Shown: positions 59,219 to 64,000 of the stretch, one piece after another | Position numbering within the stretch: position 1 is the first letter of the stretch | Layout: every line of letters begins with the position of its first letter | DNA from: Waterburya sp. | GTDB lineage: Bacteria > Cyanobacteriota > Cyanobacteriia > Cyanobacteriales > Xenococcaceae | Direction of reading: 5' to 3' | NCBI GenBank assembly: GCA_965217895.1 | Contig: CBDCJV010000002.1 | Span: forward strand, 4,896,001 to 4,960,000 | Length of the DNA: 64,000 nt | The notes under the pieces: generated by a model | Seen by the model: only the letters and a program-made list of their open reading frames with translations | Told to the model about the DNA's origin: nothing | Database searches by the model: none | Made by a program: the position numbers and the translations under genes

Positions 59219-60409
59219 TTGATGAATTATCAGCTATCTCGACGTTCTTTTATCCACGCTACTACTTTTATAGCTTTAACTCAGGCAATATCAGGATGTA
59301 GCAATCGCGAAGCAGCTTTCAAAATATTATTTCTCGAAAATTCTATTCCGCCACAGTTAATTAAAGACTTTCATCAGGCAATTAATGAGCAGGTAAGAGT
59401 AAATTTTCAACCTCAAGCTCAACTAGAACAAATTTTTGATTCACTTTTAAATTTGCATCAGGGCAAAGAGTCAGACGCAGAGAGAACTTTATTTGATCAA
59501 ATTCTCAGCAGACCCTCAATCTATCCGAGTTTGACTACTCTAGGAGATTTCTGGATATCTTCAGCAATTAAGCAAAATCTGATTCAACCTTTAGCAATCA
59601 ATGACTTAGCTAGCTGGCAAAAATTACCCGCTATTTGGCAAAAAATAGTTCAACGCAATGACCAAGGGAACTTGGCTGCTGATGGTAAAATTTGGGGCGC
59701 ACCTTATCGTTGGGGAAGCACGGTAATTGCCTATCAAAGTAAAAAGCTAGACAAAATCGGTTTGACAATTAAAGATTGGCAGGATCTTTGGCAACCAAAA
59801 TTACGCGATCGCCTTTCTCTTTTAGACTCTCCCAGAGAAACTATTGGTTTGACTTTGAAAAAATTAGGGCATTCTTACAATACCGATAACTTAAGCTCTG
59901 TACCCGAACTAGAAACAGAATTATTAGCATTACATAAACAAACAAAATTATACAGTTCAGATCGTTATTTAGAACCATTAATATTAGGTGATACCTGGGT
60001 AGCTGTTGCTTGGTCTACGGATATACTTCCCTTGCTTAAACGTTATCCTGATATCAAGTTAGCAATTCCCGCCTCTGGAGCTTCTTTATGGACAGATATT
60101 TGGGTAAAACCTCAAGTATCAAAACTAACAAACAATAGCAATTCTTTTAAGACCATTGCCGAATGGATTGACTTTTGTTGGCAACCAAAAGCAGCAGAAC
60201 AAATATCTTTATTTACTGATGGGATTTCACCAATTCTGTCAACCATCAAACCAAAAGAATTACCTTCAGATTTGAAAGATAATCTGCTGTCAAATTCTCA
60301 GGTTTTACATTCGCCAAAGAGCGAGTTTTTATTACCTTTGTCGGCAAAAACAGAACAACAATATCGAGATTTATGGCTTAAAATTCGGCAATCTGGAGAA
60401 AAGGGATGA
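59219..60409 (+). CDS. PotD/PotF-like extracellular solute-binding protein
   Basis: SRRSF Tat-like signal, GC lipobox, PYRWG, W.DLW, P.SGASLW.D. Confidence 0.85.
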   Translation: MMNYQLSRRSFIHATTFIALTQAISGCSNREAAFKILFLENSIPPQLIKDFHQAINEQVRVNFQPQAQLEQIFDSLLNLHQGKESDAERTLFDQILSRPSIYPSLTTLGDFWISSAIKQNLIQPLAINDLASWQKLPAIWQKIVQRNDQGNLAADGKIWGAPYRWGSTVIAYQSKKLDKIGLTIKDWQDLWQPKLRDRLSLLDSPRETIGLTLKKLGHSYNTDNLSSVPELETELLALHKQTKLYSSDRYLEPLILGDTWVAVAWSTDILPLLKRYPDIKLAIPASGASLWTDIWVKPQVSKLTNNSNSFKTIAEWIDFCWQPKAAEQISLFTDGISPILSTIKPKELPSDLKDNLLSNSQVLHSPKSEFLLPLSAKTEQQYRDLWLKIRQSGEKG

Positions 60410-60419
60410 GGGATAGGGG

Positions 60420-61886
60420 ATGAGGGAAGAGGAGAAAATAAACAGAGATACTAATCACGAGGCTATTAAAGAGAAGTTTAAACAAGTTTGGGGATATGAG
60501 GACTTTAGACCGCCCCAAGGAGAGATCATAAATACTCTTTTAGCTGGTCGAGATGCTTTTATTATTTTGCCTACTGGTGGCGGTAAATCAATTTGCTTTC
60601 AGTTACCTGCGCTGTTGCAAACAGGTTTAACGCTGGTGGTTTCTCCTTTAGTTGCCCTAATGGAAAATCAGGTTAACCAGTTAAAACATCTGGGACTATC
60701 TGGGGCATTGTTACACAGTGAGTTGTCTAGAAGTGAAAAGCAAAAAACTTTACAAGCAATCGAACAGCAAAAACTGAGCCTTTTGTATTTATCTCCTGAA
60801 ACTTTATTGAGTATTCCAGTTTGGAAAATTATCTCCCAACCAAAAGTTAAAATTACGGGGATCATCTTAGATGAGGTACACTGCTTAACTCAGTGGGGAA
60901 CTACTTTTCGCCCTGCTTATCGTCGTTTGGGGGCGGTGCGCCCTAGCTTATTAAAATCTAAGCCTACTGGCACAAAAATTGCGATCGCCGCTTTTACCGC
61001 GACAGCCGATCCTCAAGCACAGCAAGAGATTATTAAAGCTTTGGAGTTAAAGCAGCCTGAGACTTTTTTAGTTAGTCCTTACCGATCTAATCTCAGTTTA
61101 AACATTAAAACGGTCTGGACACCCAAAGGCAGAAAACAAAAGATGTTGCAGTTTATTCAAGCTAAACAAAAGCGATCTGGTTTAGTATATGTTCGCTCTC
61201 GTCAAGACAGCCAAGCTTTAGCAAGATGGTTTCAATCTTTGAGTTATTCTGTTGCTGCATACCATGCAGGGTTAATTACGACTGAAAGAAGAAAAATTGA
61301 ACAAGACTGGATCTCAGGCAAAATTCAGTTTGTAATTTGCACATCGGCTTTTGGTATGGGGATCGATAAACCAGATGTAGCTTTTGTCGTTCATTATCAT
61401 GCACCCGAATTATTAGCTGAATATATCCAAGAAGTCGGCAGAGGTGGCAGAAATGGTCAACCAGCCGAGGCTTTGACTCTAATTAGCGAACCTACTGGCT
61501 TATTAAACCCTGAAGATAAGCAGCGAAGTCAGTTTTTTAACCGTAAATTAGAACAACAGTATCGCGCCTCACAGCAGCTAATTAAACATCTACCCAGCCA
61601 AGGGGAGGTTGCCAAGATTAAAGAACAGTTTCCCCAAGGAGAAATTGCTCTAGGTATTTTGCACAGCTTGGGTTTAGTAGCTTGGCAAGATCCATTTCAT
61701 TACTGCAAACGCTCATCTAATTTAGCCATTGACAGCTTGGCTGCCAATCAAAAACATCACCAAAATCAAATGCAGCAATATCTAAAAACTAAGCAATGTC
61801 TTTGGCGGTATTTATTACAGGCTTTTGGATTTGAGCGAGAAGCACAAGGGTTTAGATGTGGTAATTGTGGTAACTGTCGCCAATAA
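60420..61886 (+). CDS. recQ: RecQ family DNA helicase
   Basis: PTGGGKS, DEVHC..QWG..FRP, TATA, GMGIDKPD, QEVGRGGR, C-terminal CGNCGNC. Confidence 0.9.
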   Translation: MREEEKINRDTNHEAIKEKFKQVWGYEDFRPPQGEIINTLLAGRDAFIILPTGGGKSICFQLPALLQTGLTLVVSPLVALMENQVNQLKHLGLSGALLHSELSRSEKQKTLQAIEQQKLSLLYLSPETLLSIPVWKIISQPKVKITGIILDEVHCLTQWGTTFRPAYRRLGAVRPSLLKSKPTGTKIAIAAFTATADPQAQQEIIKALELKQPETFLVSPYRSNLSLNIKTVWTPKGRKQKMLQFIQAKQKRSGLVYVRSRQDSQALARWFQSLSYSVAAYHAGLITTERRKIEQDWISGKIQFVICTSAFGMGIDKPDVAFVVHYHAPELLAEYIQEVGRGGRNGQPAEALTLISEPTGLLNPEDKQRSQFFNRKLEQQYRASQQLIKHLPSQGEVAKIKEQFPQGEIALGILHSLGLVAWQDPFHYCKRSSNLAIDSLAANQKHHQNQMQQYLKTKQCLWRYLLQAFGFEREAQGFRCGNCGNCRQ

Positions 61887-61970
61887 ATTTAGTTAAATTA
61901 ATCAAGCTTCTACTTTAGCAACGCGATCGCTGCTTTAATTAAGAAAGGGTTAAAAAAAATTTTTGGTTGA

Positions 61971-62882
61971 ATGGAACAGTCTGAAGCAGTTAATAAAGAC
62001 GAACAAGAAAATATATTATCTCAAGTAGAAGCAAAATTATCTCAGTATCATTCTGCCTCAACATCAAAAATATCAAATTCAGAAATAGTCTCTAATCCTT
62101 TCTTAAGACAATACATTTTATTAGGATTTGCTGCCAAAGGAGTTGTTTACTTTTTGATTGGCATTCTAGCGATTGAAGCAGCAATCTTGCCAGAAAAAAA
62201 GGCAGCAGGAACTTACACTGCTTTAAAACACCTATCAAGACAGCCTTTAGGCAGCGTAATCTTGTGCCTATTGTCAGTTGCCTTGCTTGGCTACGTAATA
62301 CGTCGGTTACTTCAGGCAATAATTTATCCTGGACACGCTGCAAATTTTAGTTATCAAGGCATATTGCAAAGAATGGGCTATATAATGAGTAGCTTGAGTT
62401 ATGCTGGGATAGCCTATTCAGCGTTGAACGTGGTCTTTAAATTGGGAAAATATGACGATAAAATTAAGCACTCGGTAGAAAAGTTATTTGAGCAGCCAAT
62501 TATAGGAGAAGCTATAGTTTTGATGGCAGGGATTGCCGTAACTGGCGTGGGAATTGCCTATCTTCAAGGTGCTTATACTGGTTCGTATATTAGTAAATTC
62601 ACCTCAGCTAATATGGATCATCGATTAGAATACTGTGCTAGGCTGATGGGAAAAATTGGCATAGCAGCCAGAGGTATTGCTTTTATAATCACTGGTGGTT
62701 GTTTGATTCTCGCTTCGGTTGCGTCTGATTCCAACTTTGCAGGAGGGCTACAACACGCTTTTCGGCTTTTAGCAGCACAACCTTTTGGCTGGTTATGGTT
62801 GGGATTAATTGGCAGTGGATTTATTGCCTACGGAATATATATGCTAATTGCTGCTAGATATCGGCTTTATACTATCAGGTAA
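61971..62882 (+). CDS. DUF1206 membrane protein
   Basis: GFAAKGVVY, QPLG/QPFG repeats, G..ARG. Confidence 0.85.
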   Translation: MEQSEAVNKDEQENILSQVEAKLSQYHSASTSKISNSEIVSNPFLRQYILLGFAAKGVVYFLIGILAIEAAILPEKKAAGTYTALKHLSRQPLGSVILCLLSVALLGYVIRRLLQAIIYPGHAANFSYQGILQRMGYIMSSLSYAGIAYSALNVVFKLGKYDDKIKHSVEKLFEQPIIGEAIVLMAGIAVTGVGIAYLQGAYTGSYISKFTSANMDHRLEYCARLMGKIGIAARGIAFIITGGCLILASVASDSNFAGGLQHAFRLLAAQPFGWLWLGLIGSGFIAYGIYMLIAARYRLYTIR

Positions 62883-62923
62883 AGGATTGATGACTGCAAC
62901 CACGTCTGCACTTTTTTTATGGT

Positions 62924-62959
62924 GTAGTTAAATATACTCAACAGTGTAGTTGAATATAC
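62924..62959. promoter_or_regulatory. two tandem GTA-N8-TAC (NtcA-like) boxes
   Basis: GTAGTTAAATATAC (62924-62937) and GTAGTTGAATATAC (62946-62959). Confidence 0.45.
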
Positions 62960-63217
62960 TTAATAGTTATGTTATTTAAATATCAACACCGTAGAAAAAA
63001 GTAATAGCGAGCTTTTATTTATAGTCTTTTAAATTTAAACAGAAAAGTATTACCTGCTACTTTATATGCAAAATAATGTGTTCAAAATCACTTTTGGTCT
63101 ATAAGTATTTTGAAATAAAAAAAGTTTGTTGTTCTCAAACTTACAATTTGCTGTTGTCATTTTGAAAGAAAGAACATATAAATAAGAAAGTTTATTCAAT
63201 AGGGAGTGTTTTAGATT

Positions 63218-63895
63218 ATGTCTTCAATTGTTAGTCCTATAGACGCAGCCGTCGCTGATTTTGTAGCTGATGGTTTAGAGTTAATTGGAACAGATGGATT
63301 CAACGCATTAGTAGGTTCAAATAAAGGCGATTTAATTGATGGGCTTGGCGCACCTGATTTTATACGGGGTGCTGCTGGAGACGATTTAATCAAAGGGGGA
63401 CTTGGTGGAGATTTTGTTGAAGCGGGTGAAGGTAATGATATTGTTCTTGGTGAAGGTGGAAGTGATGTTATTTTTACTGGCGGAGGAAATGATCTAGTTG
63501 ATGGTGGTGAAGGCAACGACGTTATCTTTGGTGAAGGTGGCGACGATTATCTTTACGGTAGTTTCGGCGATGACACCATTTTAGGTGGTGACGGTCAAGA
63601 TACTATTAATGGTGGTCTTGGCAATGATTTGCTCTTTGGTAGTGCTGGAGATGATCTATTTGAATTTGATGCTCAAAACTTTGATGGCACCTTTATTAAT
63701 AGAGTTGGCGATTTTACTTTAGGTGAAGATAGCCTAGTTATCAAAGGTACAAGTGATGCCGATCAAATATCTTTTGACTCTAAAAATGGCTTAATATCTA
63801 TTAACGGCGAAGTTGCAATTAATCTTAATAGTATTGGTGATTCTACGGACATTGACATGGAAAAAAATGATGATGGTGATTTTGAATTAATGTAA
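63218..63895 (+). CDS. RTX-type calcium-binding repeat protein
   Basis: Multiple GGxGxDxLx nonapeptide repeats. Confidence 0.9.
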   Translation: MSSIVSPIDAAVADFVADGLELIGTDGFNALVGSNKGDLIDGLGAPDFIRGAAGDDLIKGGLGGDFVEAGEGNDIVLGEGGSDVIFTGGGNDLVDGGEGNDVIFGEGGDDYLYGSFGDDTILGGDGQDTINGGLGNDLLFGSAGDDLFEFDAQNFDGTFINRVGDFTLGEDSLVIKGTSDADQISFDSKNGLISINGEVAINLNSIGDSTDIDMEKNDDGDFELM

Positions 63896-63921
63896 ACTCA
63901 TCTAAATTACTTCCTTAATAT

Positions 63922-63960
63922 ACTGAGCATAAACAAATTTTGTTTATGCTCAGTTTTTTT
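63922..63960 (+). terminator. intrinsic terminator
   Basis: ACTGAGCATAAACAA-ATT-TTGTTTATGCTCAGT hairpin followed by a T tract, 26 bp after the stop. Confidence 0.85.
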
Positions 63961-64000
63961 AGATAATAAAAATCTTAGGGGAAATTTGCCAATTAGCTAA

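Noticed and set aside
1048..63516. Numerous short antisense or nested ORFs in the track (e.g. 1048..1434, 18321..18737, 38297..38677, 63211..63516)
   Set aside because: They are shadows of well-supported genes on the other strand or frame.
1..64000. High frequency of GCGATCGC
   Set aside because: This is the known cyanobacterial HIP1 repeat; used only as a taxonomic clue.

Overview
AT-rich cyanobacterial chromosomal DNA, shown by abundant HIP1 octamers (GCGATCGC), heptamer tandem repeats and genes such as crtR, sqdX, ndhR and devBCA. It holds about 55 CDS, one tRNA-Ser(CGA), several MITE/SDR-type repeats and three apparent pseudogenes. Two regions stand out. (1) At 1.8-6.2 kb, six copies of a 26-bp quasi-palindromic site (KGTGTCA-N12-TGAHACA) sit in intergenic positions at the boundaries of small accessory gene units. 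One inward-facing pair encloses a 1.5-kb HTH/Uma2/unknown module flanked by an exact 6-bp direct repeat (TAAAGG). This looks like a recombinase- or transposase-serviced gene-cassette system with no recombinase in the window. (2) An ~18-kb carbohydrate/redox cluster (31.4-49.4 kb) encodes glycogen debranching, glucoamylase, glucose dehydrogenase, gluconolactonase and an atypical nitrate-reductase-like molybdoenzyme with an HPP transporter. All product calls come from motif and family recognition by eye; no database searches were run.
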